A stretch of 55,526 nt of DNA from the NCBI GenBank assembly GCA_964106645.2, contig CAXKZF020000196.1. One strand, given 5' to 3'. The translations under genes were made by a program, and so were the position numbers. Below, in pieces: positions 42,740 to 52,934 of this stretch; within the stretch, counting starts at the first letter, position 1; each line of letters opens with the position of its first letter. The notes beneath the pieces are model-generated. The model was not told where the DNA came from and did not search any database. It worked only from the letters and a program-made list of their open reading frames with translations. This DNA comes from Podarcis pityusensis (lineage: Eukaryota).

Positions 42740-42943
42740 ATGCTCGGCCTCTGCATCATGCTTTTAGCGTTTTACCTGGCAGCCGGGCTTCTAGCACGCA
42801 AGAAACCTACGAACTTAGAGAGGCATGTAGGCATGGTCGGTTTCATTTGCCTGACGCCTGGCATGATCTCCGGGCGGCTGCCGCTGTTGATCTTGCCTAT
42901 TCTCGTCTTGATGATCGCAGGCTACCTGCACCGGGCACGGTAG
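42740..42943 (+). CDS. Small hydrophobic membrane protein (leaderless)
   Basis: TGC-TAGGCT-5 nt-ATG; MLGLCIMLLAFYLAAGLL...; the promoter block is repeated at 35107-36067. Confidence 0.55.
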   Translation: MLGLCIMLLAFYLAAGLLARKKPTNLERHVGMVGFICLTPGMISGRLPLLILPILVLMIAGYLHRAR

Positions 42944-43068
42944 GGACAAGAAAATAGGTGATGGTGAAAATAACAGCAGCGCCATCCACCTTCACGTTAT
43001 CTCAGAATGTTGTATGTAGGTTTTTGCAGGGTTTGATCGGAGCCTGATCGGGGTCGTTGCAGAAAACT

Positions 43069-43659
43069 ATGCGCATGCTGATTTCGGACCCACCCCCGCT
43101 TCCACACGAAAGTGATGTTTCCGCTCACCCACAGCTGAGGTGCAGGTTGGTTGTCGAGCCTGTCGTTGATGTAGGGAGGCAGACGGTGTGCAAGCTCAAC
43201 GTGCTCCCACAGCACAACAAAAGTTTCTCTATAAGCGATCTTCAGCAGGCCTGCCTGCTGGCTCGAGCCCTTTCACAAGCGGAGGATGTATCGCTATGCT
43301 TCCCGATTCGGTTGACGGATCTGGGCCCATCGTTTTTGACCAGACTTGAAAGCGTACTGGCGGCAACTGACCTTCCCCCCACGCAGCTTGAGCTTGCCCT
43401 AGCTGCCGAGTCGTTTACGAACCTCAGCTCGACGTGCCACGAGAGGCTAACCGGTGTGAGCTATCTCGGTGCCGGCCTCGCGACAGCTAACGCGAGTAGC
43501 GCTGACGGTCTGGGAAACAGAACAGAGCAGATCTTCACGCTCGCGGCCTGCGCAATCATACTTGTGCCTCCTGAGTCAATGGATCCATGGAGAGTGCTTT
43601 TTCGGTCGCAAGGTATCGTCCGGAGCTTAAAACTTGCTATACTGTGGCTTGTAAGTTAG
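43069..43659 (+). pseudogene. Degenerate EAL-domain-like protein
   Basis: EPVVDV..., FLTRLESVLAATDLPPTQLELALAAES resembles EAL segments, but the catalytic EAL and DDFG motifs are absent. Confidence 0.45.
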
Positions 43660-43675
43660 AAAATTGGAGTGATAC

Positions 43676-45673
43676 ATGAAGACGTATAAGGTGCATTGTC
43701 AGTATAGGTGGGTTATATCTCTTGTGATTGTAGTAACCGGGCTTAGCTTTTCGTTGGCTCAAGGTGATACAGAGTTAACTGACGCCCTCGACGATATTCC
43801 GAGTCAATTTAGTGAAGCTCCGATGCTCCAGAGTTTAGTGGAGAGCGGCGATCTTCCCCCAGTACAAGAGCGCTTGCCCAAAGATATAGAAGTTGTCACC
43901 CCTGTCGAGACTGTGGGGCAGTACGGGGGCACATGGCACGACTATCACAACGAGCCGGGCATGGGTTCGCTCAAACTCTATATTGCTTATGAGCCCCCCA
44001 TTCGCTGGAAACCCGATTACTCGGGTTATGAGCCGGGTCTTGCGAAGTCCGTTGAGTGGTCAGAAGACGGAAAAGCCATAACCTTTCATTTTCGTGAAGG
44101 GATCAAATGGTCAGATGGTGCACCCTTTACGACTGAAGACATCAAATTCTGGTGGGAAAAGCTTGCTCAGAATGAAGACTATCAGGTGGTTATTGCACCG
44201 TGGTGGGCAAGAAACGCTGATGGCACTGAAGCAACTATGGAGTTCCCCGACGCTTACACTTGGGTCATAAACTTTAAGGAAGCGCACTGGATAACACCCT
44301 ATACCCTAGCCCAAGGCTTCTGGGAGTGGTCTGATGTTGACGACCCGCTAAAGCCTAAGCATTACCTCGAGCAATTCCTCCCTGAAAACGGCGGTAGCTG
44401 GGACCAAGTTGAGCAAAAGAGCAAGTGGTGGGAAAATCCTGACCACCCGACCGTTTTTGCTTGGCGGGTAAGTGAATTTACTTCAGGGCAACGCGTTGTG
44501 TTTGAGCGCAATCCCTACTACTGGAAAGTAGACCCAGAGGGCAAACAGCTTCCATACATCGATCGTATTGAAAGTGAAGAAATCGCCGACTATCAGGTTA
44601 GCTTACTGAATGTTACCCAAGGTAAATACGACGCCACCTTTAGAGTTGGCTCGCCACAGGGTGACCCAAACCAGTTGCCGCTCTTGGCGGAAAAAGCGGA
44701 AGCCAGTAATTATCGTATTCAAGACGGGTGGACCATTGGAATTGGTGGTTCTCCGACGTGGCTAATCAATCAAAACTATAGGGCTAGCGAGAGCCAAGAA
44801 AACGATGCTACCGCAAATGAAATTCGCGATCTGCTTAGAAATCAGGACTTCCGAATCGCGCTTTCTCACGCCATTGACCGTGACCGCGTCATCCAAACAG
44901 CGTGGGGTGGTTTCGGCACGCCGCAGCAAGCGACCATCAGCCCCCAGTCTTGGCATTTTCAGGGTAGCGAAGGCGAAGCGTTATTAACTGAGTGGAGTAC
45001 TGCTTACACTGAATATGATGTTGAGCGAGCTAACCGTTTACTAGATACTGTCATGGGGTCTAGGGGCAGTGACGGCTTTCGAACCCTACCGAGTGGTGAA
45101 CCTTTTCGACTCATTGTCGATATAAATGACTGGGGAGACGCAGCTGTCAATTTGGCGGCGACGAGTACACTTGAAGAAAGTCTGAAGGCAGTTGGCATCA
45201 ACGTGTTACAAAATAACGTCATAGGTTCTCCAGAAGCGGGTTTAAGGGCTAATAGTGGCCTTTTTATGCTTCGTACCGGGGCCGCTGGCGAATTGGACCT
45301 AATGACCTATCCAAGCTGGATCTTCCCAAACAATGCCGAGCGTTCGTTTCCTCGAGCTGGGCGTTTTTATCAAACTGGGGGTACTGAGGGAGATGAACCT
45401 GCGCCAGAAAGCATCGAAGCACGCTTGCACGATATCTACACTGAAATGATCGCTGAGCCTGAGGTCGAAGCGAGGCATGAACTCGTTCGCCAGGGTATCC
45501 GTCTTCACATCGACGAGGGACCGTTTTTTGTGGGAGCCTCGGGCGACCAAGTTGTTCCCGTCATCATCAAGAACAACTTCCATAATGTACCTACATACGG
45601 TGTCACAGGCCCCTGGGCACCTAGCAGTCCCGGTAACATGCATCCCGAGCAGTTCTTTATCACAAACGAATAA
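43676..45673 (+). CDS. ABC transporter family 5 (Opp/Dpp-type, possibly oligosaccharide) substrate-binding protein
   Basis: Signal peptide; FSEAPML...LPPVQERLP, FREGIKWSDGAPFTTED, RNPYYWKVD.EG.QLPYID and FRIALSHAIDR. Confidence 0.92.
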   Translation: MKTYKVHCQYRWVISLVIVVTGLSFSLAQGDTELTDALDDIPSQFSEAPMLQSLVESGDLPPVQERLPKDIEVVTPVETVGQYGGTWHDYHNEPGMGSLKLYIAYEPPIRWKPDYSGYEPGLAKSVEWSEDGKAITFHFREGIKWSDGAPFTTEDIKFWWEKLAQNEDYQVVIAPWWARNADGTEATMEFPDAYTWVINFKEAHWITPYTLAQGFWEWSDVDDPLKPKHYLEQFLPENGGSWDQVEQKSKWWENPDHPTVFAWRVSEFTSGQRVVFERNPYYWKVDPEGKQLPYIDRIESEEIADYQVSLLNVTQGKYDATFRVGSPQGDPNQLPLLAEKAEASNYRIQDGWTIGIGGSPTWLINQNYRASESQENDATANEIRDLLRNQDFRIALSHAIDRDRVIQTAWGGFGTPQQATISPQSWHFQGSEGEALLTEWSTAYTEYDVERANRLLDTVMGSRGSDGFRTLPSGEPFRLIVDINDWGDAAVNLAATSTLEESLKAVGINVLQNNVIGSPEAGLRANSGLFMLRTGAAGELDLMTYPSWIFPNNAERSFPRAGRFYQTGGTEGDEPAPESIEARLHDIYTEMIAEPEVEARHELVRQGIRLHIDEGPFFVGASGDQVVPVIIKNNFHNVPTYGVTGPWAPSSPGNMHPEQFFITNE

Positions 45674-45764
45674 AGCTGCCGTGCGTGCTGTAGTGGCGTC
45701 AACCGCTTAACAAAGCTACAGCACGCACGGCTGTCCATGCTTGTTTTGAGATCATAGGGGAACA

Positions 45765-46748
45765 ATGGCTGCATATATTCTGCGACGCGTTGGCTACTCA
45801 CTCATTTTACTGGTACTGGTCTCCTTTGTTAGTTTTATCATCATCGAGCTGCCCCCAGGAGACTTTTTAACCGTAAAGCTTTCTCAGCTCGAAGCCCGTG
45901 GCGACTTGAGCGCCCAAAACAGAATTGAGCAGCTGCGACTCCGTTATGGCTTAGATAAGTCGCTGCTCGAGCGCTACTGGATTTGGGCTACGAACTTCGT
46001 ACGCGGCGACTTTGGTGAATCGTTCAAGTATGAGCGACCCGTCGCTGAACTGCTCAAAGAGCGTTTCATCTTAACGATAGTGTTATCTGTTACGGCGCTT
46101 GTCGTGACTTGGATTATTGCGATACCAATCGGTATCTATTCCGCAACTCATCAAGGTTCTCCAGGCGATCAGGCACTGACAACATTGAGCTTTTTCGGCT
46201 TAGGTATACCCGACTTCCTACTTGCACTTATCGTTCTATTCGTTGCCGCCTTCATTTTTAATCAAGATGTTGGGGGGCTTTTTTCGGCTCAGTACGCTGC
46301 AGCACCGTGGTCTCTTGCGAAAGTCTGGGATTTGATAAAGCACCTCTGGCTCCCAGCCATCATTATTAGTGTTACCTCAACAGCCGGGCTCATGCGTATT
46401 ATGCGTGGCAATTTGCTCGATGTACTTGGCATGCCTTTCGTTCAGGCCGCGCGGGCCAGGGGCCTTAAGGAAAGCACTGTGGTACGTAAGCACGCGGTGC
46501 GTATGGCAATCAACCCGCTCATTACGATTCTCGGCACGTCTCTCCCAGCACTCATCAGTGGTGAGGCTCTCGTTTCCATCGTACTTAACCTTCCGACAAT
46601 GGGTCCGCTCTTTGTTGACGCCCTGCAGAGTCAAGACATGTACATGGCAGGCACAAGCATTGTGCTCTTCACGCTGCTTTTACTGATAGGGAATTTGCTC
46701 GCTGACATAGCTCTTGCGATCGTTGACCCGCGCATCACCTTGAACTAG
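45765..46748 (+). CDS. Opp/Dpp ABC permease B
   Basis: YILRR...LPPGD, GDFGES and FVQAARARGL. Confidence 0.92.
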   Translation: MAAYILRRVGYSLILLVLVSFVSFIIIELPPGDFLTVKLSQLEARGDLSAQNRIEQLRLRYGLDKSLLERYWIWATNFVRGDFGESFKYERPVAELLKERFILTIVLSVTALVVTWIIAIPIGIYSATHQGSPGDQALTTLSFFGLGIPDFLLALIVLFVAAFIFNQDVGGLFSAQYAAAPWSLAKVWDLIKHLWLPAIIISVTSTAGLMRIMRGNLLDVLGMPFVQAARARGLKESTVVRKHAVRMAINPLITILGTSLPALISGEALVSIVLNLPTMGPLFVDALQSQDMYMAGTSIVLFTLLLLIGNLLADIALAIVDPRITLN

Positions 46749-46770
46749 TCCATGCTTAGGAGGAAAGATT

Positions 46771-47928
46771 ATTACAAAGCTCGAGATCAGTGAAGTTGCG
46801 CAAGTAGGGCCAAAAGGTTCTAGCATCCCTAGCTCTAACGACACCACCCCCCAAAGCCAAAGTTATTGGGATCTTGTCTGGTGGAAGTTTCGCCGACACC
46901 GTCTTGCGCTGATTGGAGGCGTCGTTGTCTTACTGTTTTACTTTGTGTGTGTTGGCTTCCCAGGTTTTTTTGCTCCCTACCACGTCTCTACTCAAACACC
47001 TTATGTGCAAGCGCCACCCCAGCGCGTTCACTTCTTCAACGAAGAGGGTGATTTTCAGGGTCCCTTTGTCTACGGTTATGAGGAACGACTTGATCCTATT
47101 CAACGCCTCAGAACTTTCGTGGTCGACGAAAGCGCCACGTACAAGTTGAAGTTTTTTGTAACAGGTGATCCTTACAAGATCTTTGGGCTAATCCCGTCGC
47201 GCCTGCACCTCTATGGGACAGATTCCCCAGACAGCAGAGTATTCCTCTTCGGGACTGACACGCTCGGGCGGGATATGGTTTCAAGAATTATTTACGGTGG
47301 TCGCTTATCACTCTTACTAGGCTTAGTCGGGCAAGTCATCGCTTTAACACTAGGCAGCATTTTGGGCGTCGTTTCCGGCTATTTTGGAGGCGCAGTCGAT
47401 ACGCTGATTCAACGGCTGATCGAGTTTTTATCTGCGTTTCCAAGCATCCCGCTCTTGATGGCGCTTTCAGCAGCAATACCACTCACTTGGTCACCCATCG
47501 CGGTTTACTTTATGATTACCCTCATTTTGGCTCTACTCGGTTGGGGGGGGTTAGCCCGACAGGTAAGAGGCATGGTGCTATCGCTGCGAGAACGCGAATA
47601 CGTTCTCGCAGCACGAAGTTTCGGCATGAATGGCTGGCCTATAATGGTCAGGCATCTTTTGCCCAACACGATGAGTCACATTATCGTCATCGCTTCACTG
47701 TCGATCCCTGGGATGATTCTTGCAGAAACAGCCCTATCCTTCCTGGGTCTTGGTTTACGTCCGCCTCTTACAAGCTGGGGGGTCTTGCTTCAAGAGGTTC
47801 AAACGTCCACGGTGTTACGTTACGCGCCTTGGCTCCTTATTCCGGTGCCTTTTGTCATCCTCGTGGTCATGGCATTTAACTACCTTGGTGATGGCCTTCG
47901 CGACGCCATGGACCCGTACAGCCAATAA
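46771..47928 (+). CDS. Opp/Dpp ABC permease C (apparent ATT start)
   Basis: SYWDLVWWKFRRHRLA, GTDTLGRD, EYVLAARSFG and GDGLRDAMDP; AGGAGG 7 nt before ATT. Confidence 0.88.
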   Translation: MTKLEISEVAQVGPKGSSIPSSNDTTPQSQSYWDLVWWKFRRHRLALIGGVVVLLFYFVCVGFPGFFAPYHVSTQTPYVQAPPQRVHFFNEEGDFQGPFVYGYEERLDPIQRLRTFVVDESATYKLKFFVTGDPYKIFGLIPSRLHLYGTDSPDSRVFLFGTDTLGRDMVSRIIYGGRLSLLLGLVGQVIALTLGSILGVVSGYFGGAVDTLIQRLIEFLSAFPSIPLLMALSAAIPLTWSPIAVYFMITLILALLGWGGLARQVRGMVLSLREREYVLAARSFGMNGWPIMVRHLLPNTMSHIIVIASLSIPGMILAETALSFLGLGLRPPLTSWGVLLQEVQTSTVLRYAPWLLIPVPFVILVVMAFNYLGDGLRDAMDPYSQ

Positions 47929-47936
47929 GGGGCAAT

Positions 47937-49080
47937 ATGGACGACAATAAAATACTGCTTCAGGTAAACGATCTACACGTCCAGTTTCCCGTGCGTGGCG
48001 GCGTCGTACACGCCCTTCAAGGGGTGACGTTCAAATTAGAAAGAGGCAAGACGCTAGGCGTTATTGGCGAAAGTGGCTCTGGGAAATCGGTAATGGCTCA
48101 GTGCATCATGCAAATCTTGCCCAAGCCGGGCCGCATCACGGCTGGACGGATTCTTTACCATCGTGCCAACGCAGCTTCTACGCAGCGGAGCACCCTCGAT
48201 ATTGCCAAGCTTGAGGCCCATGGACGCATGATGCGAAGGATTCGCGGCGGCGAACTCGGCATGATTTTTCAGGAACCGATGAACTCACTTACACCTGTCT
48301 ATTCTGTTGGAACGCACATCTCCGAATCCGTTAGCCTTCATGGTGAAAGATTAAATCCAGTACGTACAGTGGGATCGCAGCTGTCGGAAACTTTAAGGGC
48401 GCATCACTCGTTTACTAGACGTGAAGCTCGGGCAAGGGCTATTGAGATGCTTGAAAAGGTCGGGCTACCTATGCCACAACAACGCGTCGACGCTTACCCG
48501 CATCAACTCTCGGGTGGACAGCGGCAGCGGGTGATGATCGCAATCGCCCTCTCGTGTAATCCGAGCTTGCTTATTGCAGACGAAACCCACTACCGCGCTC
48601 GACGTCACCACTCAAGCCCAAATCAACGAACTTATGCGTGAACTTCAGCAAGAGTTCAATATGGCGATCCTGTACATTACCCACGATATGGGCGTAATTG
48701 CCGAAATGGCAGACGATGTAGTGGTCATGTACTTGGGTCAAGCTATGGAAGTGGGGAACGTATCGGAAATCTTCGACGCTCCGAAGCATCCTTATACTCA
48801 GTCGTTACTCAAATCGATCCCGAGGATGGGAGGGCGCCGTGGTGTGCGCCTCGATACGATAAAGGGTATGGTTCCCGACGCGTTGTCTATCCCACCGGGA
48901 TGCCCATTTCATACACGCTGCCCTAAAGTCATACCGGACGTTTGCAGCAAGCTTAAGCCAGAGATCTATCAAGTTGCTGACAATCAGTACGCGGCGTGCC
49001 TGCTCTACGACGAAAATCTAATTTCCGAGGAGTTTAAGCATGACGCTGTCAAAGTCTCAGTCCGCGATACATCCGCCTGA
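47937..49080 (+). CDS. Opp/Dpp ABC ATPase D (frameshift near 48587)
   Basis: GESGSGKS, LSGGQRQR, LIADE|PTTALD, HPYT and GCPFHTRC. Confidence 0.92.
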
Positions 49081-50154
49081 CAACCTCCTCGAGGTGGTGG
49101 GCCTAAAGAAGTACTATCCAATTCGCCGCGGCTTTTTGCGCCGGGAAGCGGGTCATGTCAAAGCCGTGGATGACGTGAGTTTCTTCGTTCGCGAAGGGGA
49201 GGCCCTTGGGCTTGTAGGCGAAAGTGGATGTGGCAAAACAACTGCGGGTCGCAGCATCATTCGCCTGTATGAGCCGAGCGACGGCGTGGTGAACTTTAAG
49301 AGTGACTTGGTCCAGACAAATCCATCAAACAAACACGTGGATCTGCGCAAACTCAATGCTTCACAGCTTAAGCTGGTGCGTCAAGAGATCGCCATGGTTT
49401 TTCAAGATCCCATCGGCTCTTTAAATCCACGCATGAGCGTCGATGATATTCTCCGAGAGCCCCTCAGCGTTCATGGTCGGGCCACGGGGGCAAAGGTTGA
49501 CACACTTATTGGTGAAACGCTCGAGTCGGTGGGCCTTCGACGTGAGCATGCTGGACGTTATCCTCACGAGTTTTTCAGGAGGACAACGGCAACGTATCGG
49601 TATTGCTCGCGCCCTAGTGTTGCGACCCAAACTAATCATACTAGATGAACCAGTTTCAGCATTAGATGTTTCAATTCAAGCCCAGACCTTGAATCTGCTC
49701 CAAGATCTGCAAGACCAATTCGGACTCACCTATCTTTTTATTGCTCACAACTTGAGCGTCGTCGAACACTTTTGTGATCGTGTTGCCGTAATGTATCTTG
49801 GTCGTATTGTCGAGTTAGCCACCTCCGACCAACTTTTTACCGAGCCACAGCATCCTTATACCGAGACGCTCATTTCGGCAGTTTCCTCAGCCTGATCCAC
49901 ATCTCAAGGTTAAACGCGTGAACCTAAAAGGGGCAGTTCCAAGTCCTGCAGATCCACCGAGTGGCTGTCACTTTCATCCGCGTTGCCAATACGCCACCGA
50001 ACTTTGTAGAACCAAAGCACCGCCCCTTAGGGTCATCAAGGAGGATCATTGGACTGCGTGCCACTACTCAGAAGAGCTCGATCTCCAGGGCGTTAATGGG
50101 CTCAGCCCTCAACACATCAAAACGTCAGTTCGTAGCTTCTCGGCTCCCGGGTAA
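49040..50154 (+). CDS. Opp/Dpp ABC ATPase F (frameshifts near 49575 and 49885)
   Basis: [32 protein letters not shown] and SGCHFHPRC. Confidence 0.92.
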
Positions 50155-50157
50155 AAA

Positions 50158-50405
50158 TTATAACGGTAGCGTCTCACACCCCACCCCATCGCCTTCGCAG
50201 ACGGTGTGGGTCCCCCGCTCCAGCCGCTTCATAAAACACCTGCGGCTCAGCCTGAGAGGAAAAGTCGGCACAGTCACGATCCGAGCCGTATGGGTCGAAG
50301 GTGGGAATAAGTCTCCCCCTAGGGGGTTCTGGGGTAGTTGCTTGAGGAACTGTGCCGCTACCGGCTTAGCATTGACCGTTAAAGAGTCGTCTCTTTGGCC
50401 TGTCA
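50158..50405 (-). pseudogene. Excalibur Ca-binding domain C-terminal remnant (nuclease-associated), truncated by IS6
   Basis: Minus-strand DRDCADFSSQAE.QVFYEAAGAGDPHRL...GDGVGCETLP across a frameshift. Confidence 0.65.
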
Positions 50406-50407
50406 CG

Positions 50408-50960
50408 GGTTGTGTCAACTTATTTCATGTCGGGTAGGGCGACGAGATGCACGACTCGCAGGAACAGCCCAAAGGTTACCACTTTCCCAAGACGATCATT
50501 TCCTATGCGTTATACCTTTACCACCGCTTTCTGATTTCCTACAGGGACGTTCAGGGGCTTTTGTTCGAACGGGGCGTCGACGTCAGTCATGAAACGGTCC
50601 GGGTCTGGTGCGTCAAGTTTGGATCTAAGCTAGCCGAAGCGTTACGACACCGCAAAACCGAGGCGAGCTCGGACTTGGCGCTTAGACGAGATGCGTGTGG
50701 TTCTCGGAGGGTTACGCGGTGGCTGTAGCGAGCAGTGAAAGAACATGGGAACATCCTAGATGTGCTGCTTCAAGAGAACCGTGATACGGGCGCGGCCAAG
50801 CGCTTCTTCAGGAAACTGTCGACGACCACAAACTGCCCGAACGGCTCGTTACCGATAGCCTCAGGAGCTATAGCGAGGCACTTAGACAAGTGCCCGAATT
50901 GAACGCGACAGAGCATGTAATCATCTAGGCAGCCGAGCGCCAAAACAACCTCTGCCTCTT
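50408..50960 (+). mobile_element. IS6 family element remnant
   Basis: IR GGTTGTGTCAACTT; GYHFPKTIISYALYLYHRF.ISYRDV..LLFERGVDVSHETVRVW; contains stops and frameshifts. Confidence 0.85.
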
Positions 50961-50993
50961 AAGCTCGTAGACTCAGAGCTGCTACCCTAAAGC

Positions 50994-51578
50994 ATGTCCC
51001 TAAGACTCAGCGAGATCCTCGAGCATGACGCCCCGCACCTGGGTATCACCACACGAACACACCTGACTGCATTTTACGATGCGATCGTCCATGCCCTGCG
51101 ACAGGGCGAGTTGACGCCCGAAGGCGGGGCGCTACCCACTACTTTAAATATCCTCCTGGCGCTCCTACCCGGTGAACACGCACTGCTCAAGCGGGATAAG
51201 GAGATGACGGACTGGTCGGTTGAGAACGACGCCAAGTACGCCACCTTCCTGGATCGCTGGCGGTCGACGATAGCTGCGACCCCCGAGCCGGGTAGGAAAA
51301 TTAGAGCCATCGCAGCGCCCCTGCATCAGGCTGTCACCACACTTCAGCAACTCGAGCAGAAAGGTACGAAAAAGGCCGAGCTGGAGGGAGCGGTCCGAAC
51401 CTTTTTGGACGTGTACGCGTTGTCGCAACACGCGCTGAACCTACCCGCCATTGACCGTCCTATACCTGAAAAGTTGCCGGCAGGCATCGACCTCGATGAG
51501 ACCAGAATCAAACTCGGCGAGAGCAAGGGAACCTACATGGGGCTGCTCAGGCGTACAAACGCAGAGGAGCAGAGTTAA
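50994..51578 (+). CDS. Hypothetical protein (194 aa)
   Basis: Intact ORF with a leaderless TACCCT-5 nt-ATG start; no family recognised. Confidence 0.6.
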   Translation: MSLRLSEILEHDAPHLGITTRTHLTAFYDAIVHALRQGELTPEGGALPTTLNILLALLPGEHALLKRDKEMTDWSVENDAKYATFLDRWRSTIAATPEPGRKIRAIAAPLHQAVTTLQQLEQKGTKKAELEGAVRTFLDVYALSQHALNLPAIDRPIPEKLPAGIDLDETRIKLGESKGTYMGLLRRTNAEEQS

Positions 51579-51656
51579 GACTTGCACCTACCGCTCGGCA
51601 TGTTTTTGTTTAACTGTGAGTCACGTAAGCCGCACGCATATCTCCTCCAATAAGGC

Positions 51657-51830
51657 ATGACACCACTCGAGCTCTCTGCCTAAGAGGGTCTGGACGCCAT
51701 TAAGGTTGTCAAGATGCCCGTGCCCGAGCTGCGCCAACCAAGTCCTCGTCAGGGTTGAAGCGGCTGCCGTGAACCCGGCGGACCTGATGTCATCCAGGGG
51801 CGCTACGGCTTCACCAAGCCCCTCCCGGGA
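51657..51830 (+). pseudogene. Zn-ADH/quinone oxidoreductase N-terminal remnant
   Basis: GLDAIKVVKMPVPEL..NQVLVRVEAAAVNPADL..QGRYG across frameshifts. Confidence 0.6.
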
Positions 51831-52204
51831 GATTGTAAAGTTGTGCTGGGGTACGGCGAACGTTTAACTGCTGGCACATCGAGTTTCATCCGCTTGCGCC
51901 GCTCAAGCAGCGGTTCGTAGTCCTGCTGCTAGCCAGGAAAACGTCATCACGCTTGCTCTTACGCGTTCATGGATTGAGCCTGGACCACCTCGGTTGGGTA
52001 GATGGATATCGCCGCGTTGCACCGCCTGAGCCAGTTCAATACCCTCGGGCTCATCGGAACATCCGTGAAATTTCGGGCGGTAAGGGACTCAAGTTCCATT
52101 TCATATACCGTCCAGAGAGCGAAATAAAACAGAAAAAGCGCTGCTCCAGGTCTCTAGTCAATCCTCCTAGCAGCACTTTTTCGTGGTACAACTACAAGTA
52201 CGAA

Positions 52205-52895
52205 ATGCGGGAAACTGCGAGACAGCAAGATGTCCGGCGCGTTGCTAAAATATTGGGCGACGGTGGTTACGGTTACGACGCCAGCAAACACCTCATTCGT
52301 GAAGCCAGAGAGCAGGTGGGGCTTACCCAGCCCAAACGCAAACGGGGCAGCGTTGAGCACCTAAATAAAGAGGAGCTTGAGCGCCTGCTCGACACGGCGT
52401 ACAAGGAAAGCGGCGTCAAAGGTCTTATGATTCGCACCCTGCTGGAGACAGGCAGCCGGGTAGCCGCCTTCTCCAGACTGAAAGCGCAGGACATCGACTT
52501 CGACGTGCGCGAGGTTCGCATGACCGACAAGGGGAACAAAGCCAGGGACATTCTCATCCTTAAAAGCCTGGCGAACGAACTCAAGCTTCATCTCGGCAAA
52601 CGAAGCACAGGGTATGTGTTCCCGTCACCGCGTGGCGAGCACCACAGCCCGCGGCGCTGGCAGCAACTCGTCAAGGAACTCGCCCAGCAGGCTGGCATCG
52701 AGAAGAACGTCTATCCTCACCTGTTACGCCACACCATCGCCCAGCACCTAGCGGACAACGGGATGCCGGAAAACCTGTTACAGAAGTTTTTTGGGTCACG
52801 ACAACCCCAAAACGACGCAGGTGTACTACGAACACGCACGTAGAAACGTTAAGGCTGCGTTTGAAAAGGCGATGAAAGAGGTAGAGCATGACTAA
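52205..52895 (+). CDS. Tyrosine recombinase/integrase (resolvase of the adjacent Tn3 element; frameshift near 52790)
   Basis: TGSRVAA, KGNKAR, HLLRHTIA and LGHDNPKTTQVY. Confidence 0.9.
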
Positions 52896-52934
52896 GTTAT
52901 TTGGATATGGTGTAGCGCGAGTCATAGGCTAGCG

